Positions 18,025-26,709 of a DNA stretch of 64,000 bases are shown here, one piece after another. Below the pieces are notes generated by a model. It worked only from the letters and a program-made list of their open reading frames with translations, ran no database searches and was not told the origin of the DNA. Made by a program: the position numbers and the translations under genes. Source of the stretch: a virus. The stretch covers positions 27,834 to 91,833 of the IMG/VR virus record IMGVR_UViG_3300005613_000024; one strand, 5' to 3'. Numbering within the stretch: position 1 is the stretch's first letter; each line of letters opens with the position of its first letter.

Positions 18025-18422
18025 TGTTTAGATTAATTTTAGCAATAATTACTGGTTATTTATTAGGCTACGAAAGAAAGAAGAAAGATAAAAGTGGCGG
18101 AAGTAGAACAATGTCTCTTATATGTACAAGTGCTTGTTTAGTTGCTATTGTGAGTTTGGATATATCTTCTCGCCATACATTAAATTTATTTCGTTTAATG
18201 CAGGGCTTTATTCAAGGTGTAGGCTTTATTGGAATGGGATTAATTTTTAAAAATAAAGGTCATGTAGAAGGTTTAACCACAGCTTCTTGTTTATTAATGA
18301 ATGTTGTTATTGGATTTTTATATGGATTGGGGTATTTTCTGTATGCCATGACAAGTGCAGTATTCAGTCTAATAATCTTAGAATCGAAATACTGGAAATC
18401 AAGGAGAAGAAATAATGAGTAA
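18024..18422 (+). CDS. mgtC: MgtC/SapB family membrane protein
   Basis: RLILAII.G.LLGYER...GGSRT, GVGFIGMG, GLTTA motifs; start 18024 supported by AGGAG RBS and coupling. Confidence 0.85.
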   Translation: MFRLILAIITGYLLGYERKKKDKSGGSRTMSLICTSACLVAIVSLDISSRHTLNLFRLMQGFIQGVGFIGMGLIFKNKGHVEGLTTASCLLMNVVIGFLYGLGYFLYAMTSAVFSLIILESKYWKSRRRNNE

Positions 18423-19449
18423 ATTTTGGACAGATGATAAAATAAGCATTTTGATTACATATTTAAGAAATAATGTAAATAGAAAATTAATTGCAAGAAA
18501 AATGAATACAACAATAGATGCAATAAATCAAGCAGTCAGAAGATATGATTTATCTGAGCATGTATTGTCAAGAAAAGTTACAGAATCTTTTGTTAAAAAT
18601 ATTAATTTTGATGATTTACAAGATAAAAATTTTGACAAATTAAAGAAAGATGCAAAATTAAATTGGAAAATTCCTAAATCAAAAAGAAAGAAAAAGAAGA
18701 ACAAAGAATTCGAAATCGGTCTTCTTTTTCCCGACACTCATATCCCTCATCACAATGAGAAAGTTTGTAAAGCTATTCTAAAATTAATGAACAAAGTAAC
18801 TTTTGATAAATTTATAATTGCTGGAGATTTTATGGATTTAGGATGTATTTCTCATTGGAATAAAAATAGACATAAAACATTAGAATTACAAAGATTAAAA
18901 TCAGACTATATAATTGGTAATAGTCTATTAGATGAATTTGATAAAAGACTTCCTAAAGATTGCGATAAATATTATTTGGATGGAAATCATGAGAAATGGT
19001 CGTATGATTTAGTAGAAGAGATTCCTGCACTAGAAGGAATGGTTGAACCAACACCAATGCTCAAATTAGAAGAAAGAGGATATAAAGTTTTTGAATATAA
19101 TCAATTGTTAAAATTAGGAAGATTATATATTACTCATGGAATGTATGCAGGGGTTAATCCTATTAGAAAACATATAGACGACTTAAAGGTAAATATTGCT
19201 TTTGGGCATACTCATACGTTAGGAATGAGACTTGCTCCTTCTATGGCAAGAGAAATAGCATTTGCTGGTTATAATATTGGTTGTGTTTGCGATTTAGCTC
19301 CCGAATATTTGCAGAAAAAGGCAAATTCTTGGACTCATGGTTTTGCAGTAGCTTACTTTTATCCGAATGGATTTTTTGATGTTGAACTAATTAGAATAGT
19401 GAATAATAAATTTGTTTTTAATGGAAAACTTTATGACGGAAATAAATAA
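18415..19449 (+). CDS. N-terminal HTH + calcineurin-like metallophosphoesterase
   Basis: WTDDKI...IARKM (HTH); PDTHIP, AGDFMD, GNHE, THG, GHTH. Confidence 0.85.
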   Translation: MSKFWTDDKISILITYLRNNVNRKLIARKMNTTIDAINQAVRRYDLSEHVLSRKVTESFVKNINFDDLQDKNFDKLKKDAKLNWKIPKSKRKKKKNKEFEIGLLFPDTHIPHHNEKVCKAILKLMNKVTFDKFIIAGDFMDLGCISHWNKNRHKTLELQRLKSDYIIGNSLLDEFDKRLPKDCDKYYLDGNHEKWSYDLVEEIPALEGMVEPTPMLKLEERGYKVFEYNQLLKLGRLYITHGMYAGVNPIRKHIDDLKVNIAFGHTHTLGMRLAPSMAREIAFAGYNIGCVCDLAPEYLQKKANSWTHGFAVAYFYPNGFFDVELIRIVNNKFVFNGKLYDGNK

Positions 19450-19691
19450 TGTATGAAAACATAATAACTTGCTATATTTGTCACAAAAAGATAAAAGAAC
19501 ATGAACCGTCTTATTGTATAGGAAAGAATGAAAAAGGGAAAAAGTTACATAGACATAGGAAATGTAAACCAAAGGGCAAAGTTAAAATTCGAAAATCTTG
19601 GAGAAAAAATCCAGGTACAATAATACATAAAGATAAAAGAAATAAATCAAGACAGAAAATAAAAATTGATTTAAAGAAAGAGATAGAATGA
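19449..19691 (+). CDS. small basic Zn-binding protein
   Basis: CYIC...HRKC; very Lys/Arg-rich. Confidence 0.55.
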   Translation: MYENIITCYICHKKIKEHEPSYCIGKNEKGKKLHRHRKCKPKGKVKIRKSWRKNPGTIIHKDKRNKSRQKIKIDLKKEIE

Positions 19692-19891
19692 AAATTTACA
19701 TAGATAATGAATTACTAAATAAGAGAAGAGTGACATATGTACAATCAAATTGTTGCACTGATATAAATTGTACTTTAGATACTGTAATAAATGCTTTAAG
19801 AGGTTTGGGGTATGAAGATTTTGAGATTCAAGAAGGTTTTTTAGAACAGTGTCATCAATGGGGATATATAGAACCGAAGGAAAATGTATGA
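19688..19891 (+). CDS. hypothetical protein
   Basis: ATGA-coupled ORF. Confidence 0.55.
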   Translation: MKIYIDNELLNKRRVTYVQSNCCTDINCTLDTVINALRGLGYEDFEIQEGFLEQCHQWGYIEPKENV

Positions 19892-20103
19892 TAGAAGTAA
19901 AAATAAACGATAATTCCGATGAAGCATTTGAAAAGGGATTTAAAATTTTTAAAAAACTATGTAATAAAGACGGCTTTATGAAAGAAGTTCGAGACAGAAG
20001 ATATTTTAAAAAGCCAAGTGAAAAAAGAAGAGAACATTTGAAAGAAGTTGAAAGACAAAGAGAAATTGATAAAAAGAAAGCTCAGAGAAGAAAAAAAAGA
20101 TGA
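19888..20103 (+). CDS. rpsU: ribosomal protein bS21
   Basis: MIEVKIND...AFEKGFKIFKKLCNKDGFMKEVRDRRYFKKPSEKRR matches the bS21 signature; start ATG 19888. Confidence 0.9.
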   Translation: MIEVKINDNSDEAFEKGFKIFKKLCNKDGFMKEVRDRRYFKKPSEKRREHLKEVERQREIDKKKAQRRKKR

Positions 20104-20726
20104 AAACTAAAGTTTGTACAAAATGTCATAAAGAAAAATCAATTAAGAAATTTCGTAAAGATAGAACAAAAAAAGATGGGCTATATTCTAGCTGTAAGTT
20201 GTGTTATAAAAGAGATAACCCATATAATAGCATAGTCAGTAAAATTAAAAATAAGAATTATTACAAACAAAATAGAAAAAAATTATTAGAATATAGAAAA
20301 AATAGACACAAATATTATCCCTGGATTATAACTTACTATAATATAAATACTCGATGTAATTGTAAAAAACATCCTAATTGGAAAGATTATGGAGGTAGAG
20401 ATATAAAATGTTTGATAACTAAAGAAGAAATTAAGAAACTTTGGTTTAGAGATAAAGCATATCTGATGAAAAAACCTTCTATTGATAGGATTAATAATGA
20501 TGGTCATTATACTTATAAGAATTGTAGATTTATTGAATTAAGCGAAAATATTGCAAGGAAGCAAAGGAAGCCTATTTTGCAATATACATTAAATAAGAAT
20601 TTAATTAATATTTTTGAATCAATAGAAGATGCTTCTAAAATTTCAGGTATAAGTAGATGGCAAATTCAGAGAGATTGTGAAAATTTAAAAATTAACAAAA
20701 GAAAATTTATTTTTCGATATGCATAA
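20100..20726 (+). CDS. free-standing HNH-type homing endonuclease with N-terminal Zn finger and C-terminal NUMOD1-like domain
   Basis: CTKC...CKLC; YGGRDIK, SIDRINNDGHY...NCRF; FESIEDASK. Confidence 0.85.
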   Translation: MKTKVCTKCHKEKSIKKFRKDRTKKDGLYSSCKLCYKRDNPYNSIVSKIKNKNYYKQNRKKLLEYRKNRHKYYPWIITYYNINTRCNCKKHPNWKDYGGRDIKCLITKEEIKKLWFRDKAYLMKKPSIDRINNDGHYTYKNCRFIELSENIARKQRKPILQYTLNKNLINIFESIEDASKISGISRWQIQRDCENLKINKRKFIFRYA

Positions 20727-21834
20727 ATTATTAAAAATACACATAAAATGTTTTCAGAAACATAAAGATTTAACTCTAAATTTTTCTGAAAATATTAATG
20801 TTATCTCTGGACTTACAGATACAGGCAAAAGCTGTTGTTTTAGAGCAATTTCATGGCTTTATAATTGCTGTAATATGAGTGAATCTGATTACAGAACCGA
20901 AGGAACAAAAGAAACATCTGTGAAAGGATGGTTGAATAATGGCTTTCAAGTAGAAAGAATTCGCTCTAATTCAATAAATAGATATATTCTTTCAAAAGAA
21001 GGAACAGAAGATAAAGTATTTGATTCTTTTGGTAAAGTTGTTCCTGAAGAAATAGCTAAAGTATTTGAATTTTCTACTATTGATATAGATAATGAAAGCA
21101 TTAATTTAAATTTCGCTAATCAAGACCAATTAAATTTTATTTTAGATGAAAAATATTCTGATGGATTTAAGGCTAAATTATTTAATAAGCTCACTGGAAA
21201 TGAATTGCTTGATAAAATCTTTAAACAATTAAATAAAGAAAGTTTAAGATTTGTCAGAGAAATTAGAGATACTGAAGAAAATGTAAAAAAACAAGAAGAG
21301 CAACTAGCTGAATATTCTCAAAAGTACAAAGCATTAAAAAAGAAACTTAATTTAGTTAAAACTAAATACGAAGACATATTAGCTCAAAGAGAAATTTATG
21401 AACATTTAAAAGAGCTAAGTGATAAAATTACGAGTAATAAAGAAAATAAAAAAGCCCTTGATTCTAAAATAGCAAAAATCAAGATTGTTAGTGAAGAGAA
21501 AATAGAAGAGCTATCAGAAAAAGCCAAAGAACTAAAACAGATTCAAAATCTTGCTCATGATTTAGAGTCAACGAATAATGCTTTAGAATCAATTGAGAAA
21601 CAAAAAAACAATATAAAAATTGTAGAATTTAATGAAAAACAGCTTATAAGTTATAATGAAACGCTTCAAAAACTGAATCAATTAAATGAACAATTAGATT
21701 TAAATACAGAAAAAGACCAAACAATCGCAATAGATAAAAAAATGATTAAAGATAAATTAAAAGATTTAGAACAGGAATTAAAGAAAATTTGGGATGAACA
21801 GAGAGTTTGTCCGTTATGTGGTAAGGAGAAATAA
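20719..21834 (+). CDS. sbcC: SbcC/Rad50-like ATPase, N-terminal half (Walker A, Q-loop, coiled coil, Zn hook)
   Basis: FQKH...INVISGLTDTGKS, FANQDQ, long heptad region, ends RVCPLCGKEK. Confidence 0.85.
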   Translation: MHKLLKIHIKCFQKHKDLTLNFSENINVISGLTDTGKSCCFRAISWLYNCCNMSESDYRTEGTKETSVKGWLNNGFQVERIRSNSINRYILSKEGTEDKVFDSFGKVVPEEIAKVFEFSTIDIDNESINLNFANQDQLNFILDEKYSDGFKAKLFNKLTGNELLDKIFKQLNKESLRFVREIRDTEENVKKQEEQLAEYSQKYKALKKKLNLVKTKYEDILAQREIYEHLKELSDKITSNKENKKALDSKIAKIKIVSEEKIEELSEKAKELKQIQNLAHDLESTNNALESIEKQKNNIKIVEFNEKQLISYNETLQKLNQLNEQLDLNTEKDQTIAIDKKMIKDKLKDLEQELKKIWDEQRVCPLCGKEK

Positions 21835-22059
21835 ATGAAAATAATTTTTTCTAAAGAACATGAAGATTTAATGAATAAATTAGATGATATATCTTTAATG
21901 TATTATAATTTATTTCAAAACGATAAAATATCGCAATTAGAATATATGCATACAAAAGATAGCATTACAAATTTAAAAGTTCGATTAGCAGAAATAGCAA
22001 TTCCCGAAAGACTTATTTTAAATAATAATTCTACAATAGAAGGAAAAAATGAAATATAA
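21835..22059 (+). CDS. hypothetical protein
   Basis: AAGGAG RBS. Confidence 0.6.
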   Translation: MKIIFSKEHEDLMNKLDDISLMYYNLFQNDKISQLEYMHTKDSITNLKVRLAEIAIPERLILNNNSTIEGKNEI

Positions 22060-22240
22060 AATAACAATTGATAGATGGTCAGGAACAGAAGAGACTTCTA
22101 AAGAAAATTGGAAAGATTTAATCTCTGCTTTAGTTCTCTGTGGTTTTGAAGTGTATGGCGATGAAGGAAAAATTGTATTTGAAACTGGAGATGGAGAAAT
22201 AGTGGAGAAAATAAAAGATAATGATGGGAGTTTAGACTAA
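22049..22240 (+). CDS. hypothetical protein
   Basis: Coupled ORF. Confidence 0.55.
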   Translation: MKYKITIDRWSGTEETSKENWKDLISALVLCGFEVYGDEGKIVFETGDGEIVEKIKDNDGSLD

Positions 22241-23181
22241 TGCGTTTTATCTATTTTCAGGATTTTCACATTCAAGGAAAAAATAGTTGCAATCGCTTAG
22301 GCAATTATTTCGAAGATTGTTTAGCTAAATTTGATGAGATAATCTCTATTGCTCAAGAAAATGATTGTGATTTTATTATAGATGGCGGAGATTTATTTGA
22401 ATCGAATAAACCCTCTTATAGTGTATTAGATGCAATCGCAGATAGAATTGAAAAAGTTAAAATCGACCTTTATTCTTTATTTGGTAATCATGCTCTTTCT
22501 TATGGTCATATAGAAAATAAAGAAGGAACTGGATTAGCTCATTTACAAAAACGTAGTAATTATTTTAAATATTTAGATAGAAAAAAGTATTTAGGTAATC
22601 AGTTTAAAAAATATGATGTAAGAACAATAGAATATAGTTTTCAAATTGAAGAAGAATTAAAACAAAAAGAAATTATTTTCGAAGACAAAGATGCTTGGAA
22701 TATCTTGATAATTCATGCTCTTGTTACTCCAGATAAATTTTTTGATAACGCTTCTTATATTGAAGTTAAAGACTTAAAGACAAATGCTAATCTTGTACTT
22801 TTGGCTCACTATCATCATCCATTTAAAAAAGAAATAAATGATACTACATTGTTAAATATTGGTTGTGTTGGTAGAGCAAATATTAATGAAGCAAAAATAG
22901 AACCTTCAGTTTTAATTTTAGATACAGAGAAAAGAAGTTATGAAATCATTAAATTAAAGTCATCGAAAAGAGCGAATGAAATTTTTGACTTAACAAAATA
23001 CGAAGAATTGAAGGCAAATAAGAAAGATATAAAAGAATTTTTAAATAGTTTAAGAGATATAAATTTTCAATCTATGGACTTGAGTCAACAAATTGTTAAA
23101 ATAGGGAAAGAACAAAAAGTAGATGAAAAGATTACGAATTATATTTTAGAAATAGTGGAGAAAATAAAAGATGACAAATAA
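22240..23181 (+). CDS. sbcD: SbcD/Mre11-like nuclease
   Basis: QDFH, GGDLF, GNHA, AHYH, NIG motifs; flanked by the SbcC halves. Confidence 0.9.
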   Translation: MRFIYFQDFHIQGKNSCNRLGNYFEDCLAKFDEIISIAQENDCDFIIDGGDLFESNKPSYSVLDAIADRIEKVKIDLYSLFGNHALSYGHIENKEGTGLAHLQKRSNYFKYLDRKKYLGNQFKKYDVRTIEYSFQIEEELKQKEIIFEDKDAWNILIIHALVTPDKFFDNASYIEVKDLKTNANLVLLAHYHHPFKKEINDTTLLNIGCVGRANINEAKIEPSVLILDTEKRSYEIIKLKSSKRANEIFDLTKYEELKANKKDIKEFLNSLRDINFQSMDLSQQIVKIGKEQKVDEKITNYILEIVEKIKDDK

Positions 23182-23347
23182 TGTTAGAAAATGTCCTCAC
23201 TGCAATAAATGTTTCATAGATAATGATAATATAACGTGTCCTTTTTGTGAAAGAAGTTTAAATGAATTACCAGATATATTTAATCAAATATTTGGAGAAA
23301 ATATTAAAACGTTTAATCCAATGGATAACAATAATGAAAGATTATAA
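23171..23347 (+). CDS. small zinc-ribbon protein (58 aa), absent from ORF track
   Basis: GGAG upstream; CPHC...CPFC. Confidence 0.55.
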   Translation: MTNNVRKCPHCNKCFIDNDNITCPFCERSLNELPDIFNQIFGENIKTFNPMDNNNERL

Positions 23348-23657
23348 AGATTATGATAAATATTTTATCTGTGAATGTGATTATGAATTTTTAAGAGTTG
23401 AAAAATTTAAAGATGAACCTCAAATTTATTTCTCTAAATATAGAACAGATATATCAGAATTAAGTTTATGGGAAAGAATAAAATTAAGTATTAGTTTTAT
23501 TTTCAAACCAGAAAAATATGATATTCATGGTGGTATTATTCTTTCAATAGAAAATGCTATACGTTTAGCAAATTCTCTAAAAATTATGACTAAGGAGAAA
23601 ACTAATGAATTACGTTCAAAAAATACAAAGTCTAAAAGAAAAAATACAAGAAAATAA
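23334..23657 (+). CDS. phage hypothetical protein
   Basis: Likely start MKDYKD; FICEC...LWERIK motif; 5' extension of the ORF-track call doubtful. Confidence 0.55.
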   Translation: MKDYKDYDKYFICECDYEFLRVEKFKDEPQIYFSKYRTDISELSLWERIKLSISFIFKPEKYDIHGGIILSIENAIRLANSLKIMTKEKTNELRSKNTKSKRKNTRK

Positions 23658-23832
23658 AGAAGAGTTAATAAGACTAAATGAAAAAGCAAAAAATCTAAAA
23701 GAAGATAAAGAAAAAATTGTTGTAGAATTAAAAGAATTAAATGTTGCTGAAGAAGACTTAGAAGATAAGATTGAAGAAATGAATAAAGAATTAATAAATA
23801 AAATAGCAGAAATAGAGAAGGATTTGGAATGA
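23605..23832 (+). CDS. small coiled-coil protein
   Basis: AAGGAG RBS; continuous heptad pattern over 75 aa. Confidence 0.7.
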   Translation: MNYVQKIQSLKEKIQENKEELIRLNEKAKNLKEDKEKIVVELKELNVAEEDLEDKIEEMNKELINKIAEIEKDLE

Positions 23833-23976
23833 AAAGCAATGATAGAAAAATACATAAATTTATAGAAGTTGGTTATGGCTGGACTGCCGAAATTTATGCA
23901 TCTGTAAATGATTTTACTGGTGAAGTGAATTTTGAAGATGTAATTTTATCAAATCCAAAATTTCATAACAAAGAAA

Positions 23977-24693
23977 ATGAATCTAACTAATTTAGAAAAC
24001 TCAATTAAATCTTTAGAAGAAAAAGTAAATTCATTAAAGGGGAAAGTGTCTCTTTTAGAGGAACAATATCAACAATCAACAGAAAAGCTTTCTTCTTTAA
24101 AAGAGAATCAAATTATTAATACTAAAGCAATAGAATTGCTTAAATGTGTTCAAAAAGCAACAAAAGAATTGATTCAAGAAACATTTGAAGGGATAGCAAG
24201 CAAAGCATTGGAATATATTCATCAAAATAGCGATTATAAATTTGCTTTAGAATTTGATGAGCGAGGAAATAAACCCACTTTAAAATTTTTGATTAAGACT
24301 CCTGATATGCAAGAATCTCACGAAATTATCAATACAAGAGCAGGAGGGTCAAAGGATATTGTAGCATTGGCTTTAAGATTAATTCTATTAGAGGCGTCAT
24401 ATAATAAAGGATTTCTCTTTTTAGATGAACCATACAAGAGACTTGACAATGAAGAAACAATTACAAAAGCAATAGAATTTATTAAAGAAACACAAAAAGA
24501 TACAGGTCGTCAAATATTTATTATAACTCATAAAGATGAAGTAGTAAATAGTGTAGAGCAACCTATAATTTTATCTAATAAAATGTCCTATCAAAATAAA
24601 TGTACACAAAAAAAGGGACATTTAAAAACAGAGAACATTAAACCAAAAAAGAAAAGAGGAAGACCTAAAAAGGAGAAAAGAACAAATGTTTAA
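23977..24693 (+). CDS. sbcC: SbcC/Rad50-like ATPase, C-terminal half, with AT-hook-like tail
   Basis: N-terminal coiled coil; signature AGGSK...ALALR, Walker B/D-loop LFLDEPYKRLD, H-loop IITH. Confidence 0.85.
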   Translation: MNLTNLENSIKSLEEKVNSLKGKVSLLEEQYQQSTEKLSSLKENQIINTKAIELLKCVQKATKELIQETFEGIASKALEYIHQNSDYKFALEFDERGNKPTLKFLIKTPDMQESHEIINTRAGGSKDIVALALRLILLEASYNKGFLFLDEPYKRLDNEETITKAIEFIKETQKDTGRQIFIITHKDEVVNSVEQPIILSNKMSYQNKCTQKKGHLKTENIKPKKKRGRPKKEKRTNV

Positions 24694-25027
24694 AAAATTG
24701 AAAGCTAAAATTGCACAAAGAAATCAACTTAAAAAAATGCAGAAGTATTATAAGATTTTACAATCTGGAGCATTGTTTATTGATTTTATTCGTAAAGACC
24801 TGAAAGAAAAGAAAAATGCTATGAATCGCCATCAAAGACGAAGATTCGAAAAGACTCTTATGAAAGGCGATTTAACTCCAGAAATTATAAATCATTATTC
24901 TCATCGAGTTGATGCAATTTTAAAATCAATAAATGCTCAATTGAATCCTCCTAAAAAGAAAAAAGAAATAGATGGGAAAAAATTCTATGATACATTAAAG
25001 AAACAAGAAAAAAAGGAGAAAAAGTAA
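24686..25027 (+). CDS. basic hypothetical protein
   Basis: AAGGAG RBS; NRHQRRR motif. Confidence 0.65.
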   Translation: MFKKLKAKIAQRNQLKKMQKYYKILQSGALFIDFIRKDLKEKKNAMNRHQRRRFEKTLMKGDLTPEIINHYSHRVDAILKSINAQLNPPKKKKEIDGKKFYDTLKKQEKKEKK

Positions 25028-25347
25028 TGAATATAGATTTGAAATATAAAATTGGAGATGTTCTTTATCATGTTAGAGATGTGAATGTAGGTAAAATTGT
25101 AGTAGATTCTATTGTTATTAAAGATACAGGAAAAAAGAAAGAAGTAACATATAATGTATATGGTTACAGACATAAGAATGATGAAAGAAAAAAAATAGTT
25201 CCTGTAAATGTTTCTTGTTTAGTTAAAGATTTAACAACTGCTAAACAAAGTGCCTTATTGAATCTTGAAAATTTGGTAACTGAAGCAAGAAGAAATATTA
25301 AAAATATAACAGAAGAAACTTTTGAACCACCTAAAAATGATACCTAA
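25027..25347 (+). CDS. hypothetical protein (SH3-like N-terminus)
   Basis: KYKIGDVLY; coupled ORF. Confidence 0.6.
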   Translation: MNIDLKYKIGDVLYHVRDVNVGKIVVDSIVIKDTGKKKEVTYNVYGYRHKNDERKKIVPVNVSCLVKDLTTAKQSALLNLENLVTEARRNIKNITEETFEPPKNDT

Positions 25348-26179
25348 GCGAATTATAATTGTAGCCAGTGGTTATTCTATTAGAGAAAATTTATGGAATG
25401 TTTCTATAGATAAATTGCCTATTTGGAATGCTATCAAAGATGAATTTAAATTGGCATGTAATTGGTCTTACAAATGGGCTGATGCTGATATAATGACATA
25501 TTCAGATTATCAGATGTATGAAACTAAAAGAGAGAATCTGAAGAACTTGCCAATTATTGTTGGAGCAACAGATGGTCATTATTTTCGTAAAGAAACAAAA
25601 CCGATAGAAAATAATACATATTTATTTCCTGCTTGTAAAGGAATTAAACATTCTAAATATGGAACTGTTGGAGGATATTGGGATAAAGAAGGATGGTCAA
25701 AGGGATTATATACGAGACAATTAGTAGGTATTCAGGCAATCAGTCTTGCTATTCTTTTAGGATGTACTGAATTATTTCTGTTGGGCTATGACGCTTGCTG
25801 TGACGAACAAGGAAGAACTCATTTTTATCAAGATGATAAACAAACTGGAATTTATAAATGGAATAATCACGAACACAATGGTATGGGGAAAGATGAAAGA
25901 GGGAATTATCGTTCTGGTAATTATAACAAAATCGAAGAATTAAATAATTTTTGGTTTAAACCATTTGAAAAAGAATTACAAAACGGAATACAAATTTATA
26001 ACGTATCTCTTGATAGCAAAATAGATACATTTCCAAAAATAAGTTATAAAGAATTTTATAAGAGATTAAAGGATAATCTTATAGGAGTCAATCATGAAGA
26101 ATTGCAAAAAGAAATCAAAAAAACCTTTCGTATGCAAAAATTGTTTACGAGAAGTACCAAAAAAGAAAATGTTAATTAA
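25337..26179 (+). CDS. Maf/DUF115-like (sialyltransferase-like fold) putative glycosyltransferase
   Basis: IIIVASGYS, LACN, AISLAILLGCTELFLLGYD, HFY and IYNVS...SKIDTFPK motifs; start MIPK preferred over 25322. Confidence 0.7.
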   Translation: MIPKRIIIVASGYSIRENLWNVSIDKLPIWNAIKDEFKLACNWSYKWADADIMTYSDYQMYETKRENLKNLPIIVGATDGHYFRKETKPIENNTYLFPACKGIKHSKYGTVGGYWDKEGWSKGLYTRQLVGIQAISLAILLGCTELFLLGYDACCDEQGRTHFYQDDKQTGIYKWNNHEHNGMGKDERGNYRSGNYNKIEELNNFWFKPFEKELQNGIQIYNVSLDSKIDTFPKISYKEFYKRLKDNLIGVNHEELQKEIKKTFRMQKLFTRSTKKENVN

Positions 26180-26222
26180 AAATAAATGTGTTTGGTGTTC
26201 GGAAGAATATTATAGAAAATGA
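26094..26222 (+). CDS. overlapping small zinc-finger protein (42 aa), absent from ORF track
   Basis: AGGAG 6 nt before ATG; FVCKNC...KCVWC. Confidence 0.5.
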   Translation: MKNCKKKSKKPFVCKNCLREVPKKKMLIKNKCVWCSEEYYRK

Positions 26223-26315
26223 TTTTATTTTGTCAAATAGTTATTTTTAGTAGTATAGGTATGATACTTGGAGTATTATATAGTATTCATTTAATTTTTA
26301 AAAAGGTAAAAAGAA

Positions 26316-26705
26316 ATGATAAAGAGTAAAAAAGTTTGGGGAATATTAGACAATATCTTTTTTAATAGTAAATGCAAGGTTGATGTTCTTTATCTGGATA
26401 AAAATACAGGATGCAGTATTCATTTTCATGATAAAAAGGTCAATCGTTTTTATTTAATTAAAGGATTGGTTAAATTAAAGACTGATTTAGGAGAAAGAAT
26501 ATTAAAACCTTACGAAACCTTTGATATATATCCACCAATAACACATCAATTTATTGCCTTAGAGGATTCTATACTAATAGAAATTGCCTTTGTTGATAAG
26601 GGGAAGCTCAAAGAAGAAGATATTACTCGCAAGATTCAAGGTGGGAAATTTATAAAGGGAAAATTTTATACTTTAAACGAATTAAAAAACAATAATTGGA
26701 AATAA
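26316..26705 (+). CDS. cupin (sugar isomerase/epimerase-like)
   Basis: KVWG, CSIHFHDKK, HQF, IEI cupin motifs. Confidence 0.8.
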   Translation: MIKSKKVWGILDNIFFNSKCKVDVLYLDKNTGCSIHFHDKKVNRFYLIKGLVKLKTDLGERILKPYETFDIYPPITHQFIALEDSILIEIAFVDKGKLKEEDITRKIQGGKFIKGKFYTLNELKNNNWK

Positions 26706-26709
26706 AATC

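Noticed and set aside
24443-24470. Additional ACTTGACA matches (also at ~1361)
   Set aside because: Intragenic, with no -10 box at a 16-18 nt spacing
20719-24693. Split sbcC as a pseudogene, or joined by trans-splicing
   Set aside because: Both halves keep their catalytic motifs and are separated by intact genes; no intein or intron signatures at the break
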